Positions 1 through 9,302 of a stretch of 64,000 nt of DNA are shown one piece after another; positions within the stretch are counted from its first letter, which is position 1, and each line of letters starts with the position of its first letter. The stretch lies in the NCBI GenBank assembly GCA_965246715.1, contig CBDFFH010000002.1, positions 32,001 to 96,000 on the forward strand, written 5' to 3'. The notes under the pieces are model-generated. The model was not told the origin of the DNA, searched no databases, and saw only the letters and a list, made by a program, of their open reading frames with translations. A program made the translations under genes and the position numbers. This DNA is from Chamaesiphon sp. (lineage in GTDB: Bacteria > Cyanobacteriota > Cyanobacteriia > Cyanobacteriales > Chamaesiphonaceae).

Positions 1-810
1 ATCTTGGATCTTAAAGGCAAGATCGATTGGGGTGGTTGTATGCCAGAGGGTTTGGGCGGTATTGTAGATGCTAGTAACTAATGGAGCGTTTTCAGAATGA
101 AGAAGGTCATGACTGTTGATGAGTTGTTGGCTCGCTATGCTGCTGGGGAGAGAGATTTCAGTGAAATTAGATTGGTCGGTATCATTGGCAATCGAACCTT
201 TAATGGCTTTAGCTTGAAAGATGTTAACTTGAGTGGGGCTAACTTTAGCAAGGGGTACTTTTTGGATGGTCAACTGGAGCGAGTTAACTTGAGTGGGGCT
301 AATTTGAGTGGAGCTAGAGTGACAGATATCATGATCGAGGATGTCGATCTGAGTGGGGCTAATTTGAGTGAGGCTGTCTTGCAAGGTGCTAGTGCTAGAA
401 GCACTTCCATGGAAGGAGCTAACTTCGAGAATGCCATCTTGGCTGAGTCGGGAATGGATGATTCCTGTCTCAACAATGCTAATTTCAGCGGTGCCGAACT
501 CTGTGAAGCATTCTTCACAAGATGTACTTTTACAGGTGCTACTGTCAATATCAACGAACTTCGCGGTTGTTATCTGACTGAAACCCTTTTGCCCGATGGA
601 GAGATTGTTACCAACGGCATCCAAGATTGAGTTGGCTGCAAAATTTTCATCTGCTAATAGTGATGCGCTACTAGGTAATAGTCCATCACTTCTCGATTCA
701 ATTGCTTCTTCTATAAAATCTGGCAACTCTGATAAGAAATCATAGTTAGTTAGAGTCTCAAGGTAATTAATACTCACCCGCCAGTCTTGCCATCTATTCC
801 ACTCAGAAAC
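1..810 (-). pseudogene. 5'-truncated fragment of a large protein: NucA-like DNA/RNA non-specific endonuclease C-terminus followed by a long linker; frame continues beyond the window start
   Basis: Manual translation shows no stop from 837 down to 1 on the minus strand. It begins VSEWNRWQDWRVSINYLETLTNYDFLSELPDFIEEAIESRSD, resembling the W..VS...LE.LT.YDFLS C-terminus of NucA-type nucleases, and ends ...TPIDLAFKIQD at base 1. The upstream in-frame stop is at 838-840, just beyond a REP-like palindrome at 811-830. The only possible start nearby is GTG at 777. Confidence 0.7.
97..630 (+). CDS. Pentapeptide repeat protein
   Basis: N-terminal ELLARYAAGERDF motif typical of cyanobacterial pentapeptide proteins, repeated (A/V)NLSG units, C-terminal LPDG. 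Confidence 0.9.
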   Translation: MKKVMTVDELLARYAAGERDFSEIRLVGIIGNRTFNGFSLKDVNLSGANFSKGYFLDGQLERVNLSGANLSGARVTDIMIEDVDLSGANLSEAVLQGASARSTSMEGANFENAILAESGMDDSCLNNANFSGAELCEAFFTRCTFTGATVNINELRGCYLTETLLPDGEIVTNGIQD

Positions 811-1061
811 GTAGGGTGGGCACTGCCCACAGACAATTTAGAGCCGAAGTCATGAGAACTTAAACTGTTTTTATCGATCGAGAAATCACTTCACCAATCG
901 ATCGAGCTTAATCACCTAAATCCTCGCATTACTAAATCGACAATGGTGCTTAAACTGTTTGCTTCGATCGAGAAATCCCTTCACTAATCGATCGATACTA
1001 ACAGACCCAAATATTTATATTACTAAATCGACAATGTGCTGGTGGATATTACCCACCCTAG
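811..1061. repeat. REP-like pair enclosing two ~90-bp tandem units
   Basis: GTAGGGTGGGCACTGCCCAC at 811-830 and a degenerate inverted copy GGTGGATATTACCCACCCTAG at 1041-1061. Between them, two units (~859-948 and ~949-1040) share CTTAAACTGTTT, TCGATCGAGAAATC and ATTACTAAATCGACAATG. Confidence 0.75.
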
Positions 1062-1276
1062 GGGATATTTGATGTTATTCACCAATTTCTAAATTCATCA
1101 AACTAGCTACATCTTGAGTTAACTGGATAAAATAACCGCAGCATCAATCGTAAATGGTTTCTCTGCCATTGCGATCGCGCAAGCCTGTCTCAACCTGTCG
1201 ATATTGGCGGGGGTGAGCAATGACGATCGATTCGCTAATCCGATCGAGCCATTACTTCCAGATTAGCTAAAATCAA

Positions 1277-4200
1277 TTAGACTACAACCTCCTCGCTAGC
1301 AAGTTGACTGAGGAATTGGAGCGACTTGAAAATATAGTTCGCACAAGTAGCTGGCGAACTTTGATAAAAAGCACGCCACGCAAATGATTTGTAGCGATCG
1401 TAATTAGCTGGCTCGAAGGCGGTACGATCGAGTTGGATATCGACGATCTTTGGTAAGTCTCGATCCAACCAAGCGAGTCGCACGGCATGTCCGATCAGGA
1501 CATCGAGCACGATATATTCTTCGATTTTTAGCTCGGGATTATGTTCTGATAAAGCGGCTAAAGCCATCAGTGCTTCGATGTTTAATTTACGATATTCTGG
1601 TGCAACAATTTTATTGAGAAGATGCTCGATTCGGAGGGCAAATTTCTTCTCGCCTGGGGTCATTTCGGCTAAGATTAACTCGCTATCGAGTCGATTGCGT
1701 TTTTCTAATTTATCGCCAATTGTCAACCCCTTACAATGTTCGAGCAATCGCCAGATACTCGGATAGAAATCTCGATCGACTCGCGCGATCGCGCCTTCTT
1801 TCCGACGTTGGTACAACCAATTTATCGAGGGCAAATCTAGCTCTGTCGTGGCATTGACGATCCATTCGATCCGATCCTGTGACTGGTTCAAATGTAAAGA
1901 TTCTTGCTGGAAGACGGTTTTACCTAAATCTTGATAGTCTGCCAGAACTTTATTGAGTCGCGTTTGGATTTCAAATGGACTCAGTTCCATCAATTTTTCA
2001 TAAGCTTCATCTTGAGTAATTTTTAACTCCATCACTAGTTCGCTAGTCAGTAACACAATCAAATAACCAACTCTTAATGTTAGCAACCCTTTAACCAATT
2101 GTGGCTGAGATTTGATTAATAACCCGAGATAAATAATTACTTCCTGTGTCAAGACGCGATCGCGAATATCTTCCCGACAAAAGAGATCGATTTTTTCGAC
2201 AATTTCAGTATGCGACATCGGTGCGGCGATCGCGGCATCTTCGCTATAAGCCATCCCTACCGTAATTTGTTTACCACTAATCAATATATCTGTCACCGCA
2301 TCTGATAAACTGATATCGACCTTGCCTAATAATCCCGCAGCATAGCGCACGATCGCCCACTGTGGACGATTGCTAAAACTTCCGGCCTTAAAATAAACTT
2401 CATCGAGTAAATTAGCCACAGTTACCTTGACGATCGCACCGCCGAATCCAGTATCGAATTCCAATCCTTTTAAGCGTTGGAGGGTATGTAATAGTTCGAT
2501 TTGCTGATAGAGATTTTCAGATGCGCGCAATTGCTTGAGCAGCAGTGAAGTACTTGTTTCTGCCTCTAATAAAAATTCTTGAGTATTAGTTAATGGCTGA
2601 TTGCGATCGGGATTGTAAGCTAAATAGTATTGTTTGGGTACTTGCGGATCGATTCTTGTTGCCTCAAATTTAAATGAGTTCAAATTATCGATGCGTTCGA
2701 TTCCCGCTGTAAGCTTCAATTGATTGAGCGCTCCCAACCGAATTGGCACGTCATTACATTTACCTTGTTTGAGTTCGGCAATTAGTTCTAATAATGGCGA
2801 AGCATATTGTTGCCCCTGGAATTCATCTTGACCTTCTTGTAATAACAATTTAGTCAATAATAGTGTCAGTGTCGGTCGGCCTAATTGCGTCCAATGTTCG
2901 CTAATATAGGCAATCTCTGTCTTAATTTGTGATACCAGAAAATGGTAATCGAGCGTGAGATAAAATTGTTGGCTATCTAAAAACGCGGGCAGAAATACGA
3001 TCGTTTCGCCCCGAATACTAAAGATCCGCGAAGTTGTCAGACTCCGCAAGCGTCGAAACGGACGACCAGTTAAGCCTAATTTGTCATTGCGGCCAATTTG
3101 GGTATACGCAGCGGCTAGTTCTGTCGATTGACGCACTTGGATCGGCTCTAATTGCGCGGGTATTTGCGCGGCAATGCCATATTCAGCCAGTTGTGCTTGT
3201 AATTCTTCATCTTCAGCAATTAACGCGATTTGCACCGTGCGACGACGTTTGTTTCCAATCCGTAAGTGTCGCCCCAATGGATCTAAATCTCCTGGTGCGA
3301 GAAAGCGATCGAATAATAGTTCGCCCAGGAAATATAAACTTTGCGCCCAAACTAGGGGTAAATTATCATTTGGCAGTCGCGCCTGACTGTGTGGCTGTGC
3401 TTTCTCGGCTTCAATTTTATCTTTAGGAACGTAATATAGTTCTGGCAATAATTGGATCCCATCGCGGTCTACTAATACGCTTGACAGCAATCCCCGATAC
3501 TTAGTGATTTGAGCGGTATCGCCACTAAATAACGCATCGAGATATAAATAAGTGAAAAATAACGGCCATTCACACTCGATCCCTTCAAATTGGAGTAATT
3601 CTGTGGGTTCGTAATGCAGCCGGGTATGATCTTCGATGACTGTTTGATGCCCGTCGCGCAAGAATCGCTTACAGCCATATTTACCTTCCAATTTCTCGAC
3701 GATCTTCGTGCGCGTCCGCTCGACTAATTGCGGATCTGTCACGGCAAATGCTGGAAATCCGATCGCACTCAACAATGCGGCATCGGTTTCTTTGGAACTC
3801 GACTCGCGCGGTAACAGCGATGCCAATGTCAAGCGCGCACGTGCGATTTCATCTGGTAAAACGTGAATCACCGAAGCCTGAGAACCCCGCGCCCCAAATA
3901 AGTCTAAACCATTAATTGCTTCGAGTGCCGCTTTAGCCATCCCGATCGAGCTGGCATTTAATTCGACGCTGCCATGATTGATCTTATCGCCGCGCTCCCA
4001 CAGTCCATAATCGGGCGTACGATAGGTGCGTCCGATATAATAAACCAAATTTTGGACGAAATTTACTTCATCCTGAGTATAGATACATGGCAATCCCGAT
4101 GCGGTCATTTGCGCCAGCACGAGGATAAATAATGAAGTTGCATCCAATTGCAGATGTCCCCACTCATCGTCACCGACAACGATATCCCCCGTTTGCGTAC

Positions 4201-4552
4201 TGTATTTGGCATGAAGTGCATCTAACGGCGATTGCGTCTGCTTGAATTGCTCGACCTTATCTGCTTGCCGCAACATGCAAAATAGCAACCCGCGCATCAA
4301 CTTCACGACGCTCTGCTCTAACTCAAACAATCGCCCTGGCGGGGCATCTACTTTCCGATAAGCCAGTGCCAATCCCCACACGGCCAAGATCGTATATACA
4401 TTGTCCCGAACCCAGGCATCTGTATAGTCTCCATGTGCGGTAATCGCCGTACTCGCCGGAAACAATCCCGTAATCGGATTTTGACGATCGAGGATAATCG
4501 ATTGAATTTGTTGATAGTATCGATCGAGTTGGACAGAGCGGTTCGGATTCAT
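1277..4552 (-). CDS. Glycoside hydrolase family 15 / phosphorylase-b-kinase regulatory subunit-like protein
   Basis: 1091 aa with DAWVRDNVY, HLQLDATSL, DYGLWERGDK, RFLRDGHQT and ECEWPLF motifs. Confidence 0.9.
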   Translation of the reverse strand: MNPNRSVQLDRYYQQIQSIILDRQNPITGLFPASTAITAHGDYTDAWVRDNVYTILAVWGLALAYRKVDAPPGRLFELEQSVVKLMRGLLFCMLRQADKVEQFKQTQSPLDALHAKYSTQTGDIVVGDDEWGHLQLDATSLFILVLAQMTASGLPCIYTQDEVNFVQNLVYYIGRTYRTPDYGLWERGDKINHGSVELNASSIGMAKAALEAINGLDLFGARGSQASVIHVLPDEIARARLTLASLLPRESSSKETDAALLSAIGFPAFAVTDPQLVERTRTKIVEKLEGKYGCKRFLRDGHQTVIEDHTRLHYEPTELLQFEGIECEWPLFFTYLYLDALFSGDTAQITKYRGLLSSVLVDRDGIQLLPELYYVPKDKIEAEKAQPHSQARLPNDNLPLVWAQSLYFLGELLFDRFLAPGDLDPLGRHLRIGNKRRRTVQIALIAEDEELQAQLAEYGIAAQIPAQLEPIQVRQSTELAAAYTQIGRNDKLGLTGRPFRRLRSLTTSRIFSIRGETIVFLPAFLDSQQFYLTLDYHFLVSQIKTEIAYISEHWTQLGRPTLTLLLTKLLLQEGQDEFQGQQYASPLLELIAELKQGKCNDVPIRLGALNQLKLTAGIERIDNLNSFKFEATRIDPQVPKQYYLAYNPDRNQPLTNTQEFLLEAETSTSLLLKQLRASENLYQQIELLHTLQRLKGLEFDTGFGGAIVKVTVANLLDEVYFKAGSFSNRPQWAIVRYAAGLLGKVDISLSDAVTDILISGKQITVGMAYSEDAAIAAPMSHTEIVEKIDLFCREDIRDRVLTQEVIIYLGLLIKSQPQLVKGLLTLRVGYLIVLLTSELVMELKITQDEAYEKLMELSPFEIQTRLNKVLADYQDLGKTVFQQESLHLNQSQDRIEWIVNATTELDLPSINWLYQRRKEGAIARVDRDFYPSIWRLLEHCKGLTIGDKLEKRNRLDSELILAEMTPGEKKFALRIEHLLNKIVAPEYRKLNIEALMALAALSEHNPELKIEEYIVLDVLIGHAVRLAWLDRDLPKIVDIQLDRTAFEPANYDRYKSFAWRAFYQSSPATCANYIFKSLQFLSQLASEEVVV

Positions 4553-4709
4553 GTCGGAAATACTGGAGAGGGACTGGTCTCTAGTCGATTTTACTTAGTA
4601 TAAGCCGCGCGCAGCTCCAATACCAACTAATCAGTGCCTACCCGATCGGGAAAAATTATACTAAAGATCTGCTGTTTTTTGGGAATGATTGCGGTTTTTC
4701 AATTTATCT

Positions 4710-4727
4710 GTTACATTATTTAACAGG
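4710..4727 (+). promoter_or_regulatory. HLR1-like (RpaB) direct repeat upstream of hli
   Basis: GTTACATT-AT-TTAACAGG resembles the (G/T)TTACA(T/A)(T/A)-N2 direct repeat known upstream of hli genes. Confidence 0.6.
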
Positions 4728-4762
4728 TGATGATAAATCTTAATATATCTGGAGTCAAAGAC

Positions 4763-4915
4763 ATGCAAGCTAAAAATCAAGACGACGCAAAATTTGGTTT
4801 CACTCCTTCTGCCGAAAATCTGAACGGACGCATGGCTATGATTGGCTTCATCGCTGCTATCGTTACTGAATTAGTTACCGGACAAGGCACACTTCACTTC
4901 CTCGGCCTTATGTAA
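4763..4915 (+). CDS. hli: High-light-inducible protein (Hli/Scp, one-helix CAB-like)
   Basis: [20 protein letters not shown] (ExxNGRxAMxG); GGAG at 4751 precedes ATG 4763. Confidence 0.92.
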   Translation: MQAKNQDDAKFGFTPSAENLNGRMAMIGFIAAIVTELVTGQGTLHFLGLM

Positions 4916-5021
4916 TTCTCGCTACAACATTATTAATTAGACAAACTTTGGCTGGGTATCCCCCGGCTTTTTTCATGCCGATCGAGCCAATCGGGAATTC
5001 GCAGCTACACAAAAAATATGG

Positions 5022-5154
5022 GGCGTTGCTGAATATGGGTATGATTTTTTGTAGGGGTGCCCCTTGTGAGTACCCTGAATCGATGCGGGGTAAGCACGAG
5101 GCATTACCCCTACAAAAATTGTTTGTGCGTTTCATATATTAATTCAGCAACGCC
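5022..5154 (+). mobile_element. MITE family A, copy 1 (~133 bp)
   Basis: 13-bp TIRs GGCGTTGCTGAAT / ATTCAGCAACGCC; flanks AAATATGG / AAATATGA (7 of 8 match); near-identical to 11131-11263 and 35150-35282. Confidence 0.85.
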
Positions 5155-5192
5155 AAATATGATTAACTAGCGGCGAATTCATTCGCTCGGCA

Positions 5193-5579
5193 TTATGCTG
5201 CGCCTATCAGTGTTAACTCGATCGTATTACCGTCAGGATCTTGAGTAAATAAAGCCGCTCTACCAGAATTACTCATTTTAACTACCAGATTTGCTGCGAG
5301 TAGCCGTTGTTGAGCTGCAGCCAAATCTCTAACTCCCATAGCGATATGTGGATTGCGAGTAGATATACTCAGATCGATGGGAGCGGATCGATAATCCGGA
5401 TCTGCAATCAAATGCAGTTGAAAATCGCCAATTTGATACCAAGCACCAGGATAATTGAGCGATCGATCGATCCGCTGCAAGCCTAAAATATCCGTATAAA
5501 ATTCGATAGCTTTGTCTAGATCGGCTACTAATACCGCTGCATGTAGACAATTAATAATTTCGATCGCGGGAGGAAGCAT
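5193..5579 (-). CDS. VOC/glyoxalase family protein
   Basis: LHAAVLVADL..A..FY..ILGL, QLHLI and DPDGNTIEL motifs. Confidence 0.88.
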   Translation of the reverse strand: MLPPAIEIINCLHAAVLVADLDKAIEFYTDILGLQRIDRSLNYPGAWYQIGDFQLHLIADPDYRSAPIDLSISTRNPHIAMGVRDLAAAQQRLLAANLVVKMSNSGRAALFTQDPDGNTIELTLIGAA

Positions 5580-5756
5580 AAGCTGAGGGTAATTAAATTA
5601 AAATGTATTCCAAGTAAAGCCTACAACTATCTGGAAAAATCCGATCGTGAAGTTTATCGATCGAGGATATATTATTTCGGTAAACGATCCCAATAATTGT
5701 GTATATATCGATCGAGCTTCAATTATTTACATCAAGCAATTTACGGCTAGAAAATT

Positions 5757-6239
5757 ATGCAGAAAATTTGGCAGAGCGTTGTAGTAGCCGCAATTGTGAC
5801 TATCGGCTGGCAACATCACGATCGAGCGGTTGCTGTCACCGCAGTCGATCGGATCCAACCATCCGTGGCGACCACTGGAAAATTAGCCCAAAGCCGAAAA
5901 TCGATCTGTGCGAACATGGCATTTAGAAATAATGCGGGCATTCTGCATCAGGGTAAGTTAATGCTCAACAAGAGTGGCAATGGTTCGATGCAAGTCGAAT
6001 ATTTCAGTGCGAGCAAAAATAGGACTGAGGTGATTATCCAATCGATGACGATTCAGGACTCGCCTTATGGCATCCTTATCGTCGGCAGCAATCCAGTCTA
6101 CGCAGGAACTAGAATCAGAAACACTACCTACCATCCCGACAATTTTCTGATAAAGGTTCAAGAAAATGGTGACTATCTCTTCTTTGCATTCGACGGTCAA
6201 GGCACTAGATCGCCAGTAGATGTTACCGACTGTCGCTAG
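5757..6239 (+). CDS. Hypothetical exported protein
   Basis: 160-aa ORF with a signal-peptide-like N-terminus and a Y.PDNF motif. Confidence 0.7.
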   Translation: MQKIWQSVVVAAIVTIGWQHHDRAVAVTAVDRIQPSVATTGKLAQSRKSICANMAFRNNAGILHQGKLMLNKSGNGSMQVEYFSASKNRTEVIIQSMTIQDSPYGILIVGSNPVYAGTRIRNTTYHPDNFLIKVQENGDYLFFAFDGQGTRSPVDVTDCR

Positions 6240-6351
6240 CAATCGCTGCTCGTCCCCGATTGCTATCAGCAAGGCTCGGACAACGGCTTAATTACGCTCA
6301 TCTCGATTTTTGCGGATTAATACGCCCCAAATTACGAACAGAAGTAATAAT

Positions 6352-6483
6352 GCAAAGTCCGCCTTCGCGGACTAATAAACTAGTCCGCGAAGGCGGGCTT
6401 TTGCCGCTCGCGGCAACAACCGGACTTTGCACTCTGAGGAGCGGTTTCTAACCGCTTTGCTGATAGGTAGCAACTTGAGTTAA
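6352..6483. repeat. AGTCCGCCTTCGCGGACT hairpin repeat with nested 27-nt insert and a MITE end
   Basis: Inverted pair AAAGTCCGCCTTCGCGGACTA / TAGTCCGCGAAGGC; 6431-6481 is nearly the reverse complement of ~42831-42881. Confidence 0.75.
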
Positions 6484-6514
6484 GTAATTTTGTCAGCTGC
6501 CCCTGGGCAAATTA

Positions 6515-7930
6515 CTAAGAAGCTCTGACAATCCGCTGGGGCAAGAGTGGCGCAGTAGCACTCGATCCTCGCGCAGTAGGTGCGAGTAATGATTGAGCGA
6601 GGAGGTGACGATAAAGGTCGCTGAGTTGAACGGCGACACCAGCCCAACTGAAGTTTTGTTGAACCCTGGCTGAAGCCTGTTTGCGAATTTTGCGCGTCCA
6701 GATATCGTCAGTTAAAATTCGTTCGATCGCGTTAGCAAAGCCATCGACATCCTGCGCTGGTACTAGCAATCCAGTCTCTTCAGAAATCACTGTAAACTTC
6801 AGACCCCCAACATCCGAAGCCACTACAGGAGTGCCACAAGCCATCGCTTCGATCGCGACTAACCCAAAGGGTTCGTAGTGACTGGGAATCACGCAGACAT
6901 CGGCAGCTGTATAGTATAGCGGCAAGCGATCGTGTCCGACCATCCCGACGAATTCAGTATTAGCGATTAAGTCCAATTCCGTGACGATCTCTTCGATCCG
7001 ACGACGCTCGGCACCATCAGCTTCGAGCGGATCGCTCCCACCGACGACTAATAATTTTAAGTGTTGCGGATCGATTTCTTCACCTCGATCCAATTTGCTG
7101 CGCAATTCGCCCATTGCCCGCACGAGCGTTTCGATGCCCTTGCGTTTGTCAAATCGACCGACATACAACACGACTTTTTCCTTGGCGGGGATGCCAAGTT
7201 GTTTGCGGGCTTCCGCTTTAGAAATCGGACGGAAGTTGCCAATATCCGTCCCACAGGGCACGATATCGATCTGACCGAGGTCGGAAACCAATTTGCGTAA
7301 ATCGTTACGCTCTTGAGGGCTAGTCGCTACTACCCGCTGCGACTGTTCGAGAATTTGTTTTTCTACCTCCAATCGCGTTTTGGCAATTTCCGGAATCTCA
7401 TCGACCGCGAGGTACTTCACCGCACCGAGCGAATGATAAGTATGTAATAGTTGGATATTTTGGCTGCGTTGGAGTTGCAATCCTACCCACCCAGACATCC
7501 AGTAATTGGTGTGCGCTAGCGGATAGTTAGTGCCTTCTTTTTGCTGGAACTTCTGAAATGCCTTGACGAATTCCGGCATGTATTGAAATAACTCGTCACG
7601 CGGAATATAGGTCTCGGGGCCAGCCGTCAACCGAATCGTGCGACAGTGTGCGGAATGCTGGACGATCGTGGGGTCGTAGGGGCTACTCTTGCGAGTGAAC
7701 ATATCTACTTGCCAACCCAACTTCGCTAGTGCTTCACCGACTTGTCTAACGTAGACATTTTGACCACCAGCGGCATCTTTGCCAATTTCAGCAGCCGGAT
7801 CGCCATGTTCGGAGATCAGCGCGATCGCTTGACGGGTGGGAATTTTGGCTGGGGAGATCGGGAATGGATGATGGGATTGTGTTGTAGGAACGTTCTTAAC
7901 GATCGTTGTGGGAAATTTTCCGGTTGACAT
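6515..7930 (-). CDS. GT4 glycosyltransferase (SPS/MshA-like)
   Basis: HGDP..IG...AGGQNVYV, HTYHSLG, GRFDKRKGIETL and PSHYEPFGLVAIEAMACG motifs. Confidence 0.9.
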   Translation of the reverse strand: MSTGKFPTTIVKNVPTTQSHHPFPISPAKIPTRQAIALISEHGDPAAEIGKDAAGGQNVYVRQVGEALAKLGWQVDMFTRKSSPYDPTIVQHSAHCRTIRLTAGPETYIPRDELFQYMPEFVKAFQKFQQKEGTNYPLAHTNYWMSGWVGLQLQRSQNIQLLHTYHSLGAVKYLAVDEIPEIAKTRLEVEKQILEQSQRVVATSPQERNDLRKLVSDLGQIDIVPCGTDIGNFRPISKAEARKQLGIPAKEKVVLYVGRFDKRKGIETLVRAMGELRSKLDRGEEIDPQHLKLLVVGGSDPLEADGAERRRIEEIVTELDLIANTEFVGMVGHDRLPLYYTAADVCVIPSHYEPFGLVAIEAMACGTPVVASDVGGLKFTVISEETGLLVPAQDVDGFANAIERILTDDIWTRKIRKQASARVQQNFSWAGVAVQLSDLYRHLLAQSLLAPTARGSSATAPLLPQRIVRAS

Positions 7931-8234
7931 ATCTGCACCTCAATAAAAAATCAATCTCGATCGGTAAATTTAAGTTCAGCACCCGAGCGCTCGATCGCAT
8001 CGTGGATAATGAGCCAAGATGTAGAATCCGAAGTAATTACTCCAAAGGGCTACAACCTGTTTAACGCCCAATTTTTGCCTTGTTGCGCGGCGTTATCGAT
8101 CTGCTGAAACATTGACTCGATCGGTGGGAGATTGTCACTCTTGCCGAACGACGCGCAAGCGCGACAAATCTAGTTAGTCTGTAAAAGTGGATGTTGCTGT
8201 CAAATTCTCCTCGGCGGAGTCCTGGCAACCAAAG

Positions 8235-9302
8235 CTATCTCGAGCCGACAAGATGGCCATTATGGACGAATTTATCTGCCAAAACCTTTTGATATACAGC
8301 TTCGTAGCCTGCGGTCATTTGAGCGACGCTAAAGCGGTGGGCGACATATTCGCGACAGCCTGCGCGCGAGATCTTCGGAATTTTCGCTACCGCTGCGATA
8401 CAGTCGGCGACGGTATTGCAGATATAACCACTGACTCCATCGACAATAATTTCCGGCACCGAACCGAGATTCATGGCAATGACGGGCGTACCCGCCGCCA
8501 TCGATTCGATCGTGACTAGCCCAAATGGTTCCCGCCAATTAATTGGGAATAACGTGGCAATCGCTCGACCCATCAGTTCGTTTTTCATCAAGTGGTCGGC
8601 TTCACCCAAAAACTGAATCTGCACGCCGTCGATGTGTGGCTCGATCTCCTGCTGGAAATATGCCACATCGACAGGATCGACTTTGCCAGCCATTTTCAAG
8701 GGGATACCGGTTGCTTTGGCAATCTCGATCGCTCGATCGGGGCCTTTTTCAGGCGAGATCCGGCCGAGAAATGCTAGATAAACAGGTTCGTCAGCAGTTG
8801 GGAAGAAATGATGCGAACTGACATCGATGCTGTTGTAAACCGTTGCGACATGATTTAAGCCCAGCCGATCTTCCCGCTGGGCATTGGAAATGCTGACATA
8901 CGGTTGCGTCTTGGCATAAGCGAACATCTTCTCATTGTCTGGAGTGAAGATGCCATGCAGTGTGTGAATTGTCGGCGTTTTGGTCAGTTTGCTATAAGGT
9001 AGCGCCGCGCAGCCCATATGTGAGTGAATCAGATCGAACTCTCCAGCTCGTTCGTACACCTGAGCTAACTGGAGCATTTCATAAATGCCAGGTTCCACGA
9101 TCGTGGGATCTAACCGTAATGCTTGAGGATGGATCGACTCTAGTTTCGCGGCGGTAATCGAATCTCCCGATGCAAATAGAGTAACGTCATGCCCTCTGGC
9201 GACTAACTCATCTGTTAATAGTCCGACTACTAATTCTATCCCTCCATATGCTGGTGGGGGAACCCGTTCCCACAAAGGTGCAATTTGGGCAATTTTCATC
9301 AT
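8235..9302 (-). CDS. GT4 glycosyltransferase
   Basis: VPPPAYGGIE, FLGRISPEKG and WREPFGLVTIESMAAG motifs. Confidence 0.9.
   Translation of the reverse strand: MMKIAQIAPLWERVPPPAYGGIELVVGLLTDELVARGHDVTLFASGDSITAAKLESIHPQALRLDPTIVEPGIYEMLQLAQVYERAGEFDLIHSHMGCAALPYSKLTKTPTIHTLHGIFTPDNEKMFAYAKTQPYVSISNAQREDRLGLNHVATVYNSIDVSSHHFFPTADEPVYLAFLGRISPEKGPDRAIEIAKATGIPLKMAGKVDPVDVAYFQQEIEPHIDGVQIQFLGEADHLMKNELMGRAIATLFPINWREPFGLVTIESMAAGTPVIAMNLGSVPEIIVDGVSGYICNTVADCIAAVAKIPKISRAGCREYVAHRFSVAQMTAGYEAVYQKVLADKFVHNGHLVGSR

Noticed and set aside
1..81. Plus-strand ILDLKG...DASN-stop as the end of an upstream gene
   Set aside because: Only 26 codons; better explained as the antisense of the open minus frame.
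859..1040. CRISPR array
   Set aside because: Only two diverged ~90-bp units, no constant repeat/unique spacer pattern and no cas genes.
4908..5142. Short ORFs recurring at 4908, 4948, 11025, 11166 and 35169
   Set aside because: They are translations of MITE A, not genes.
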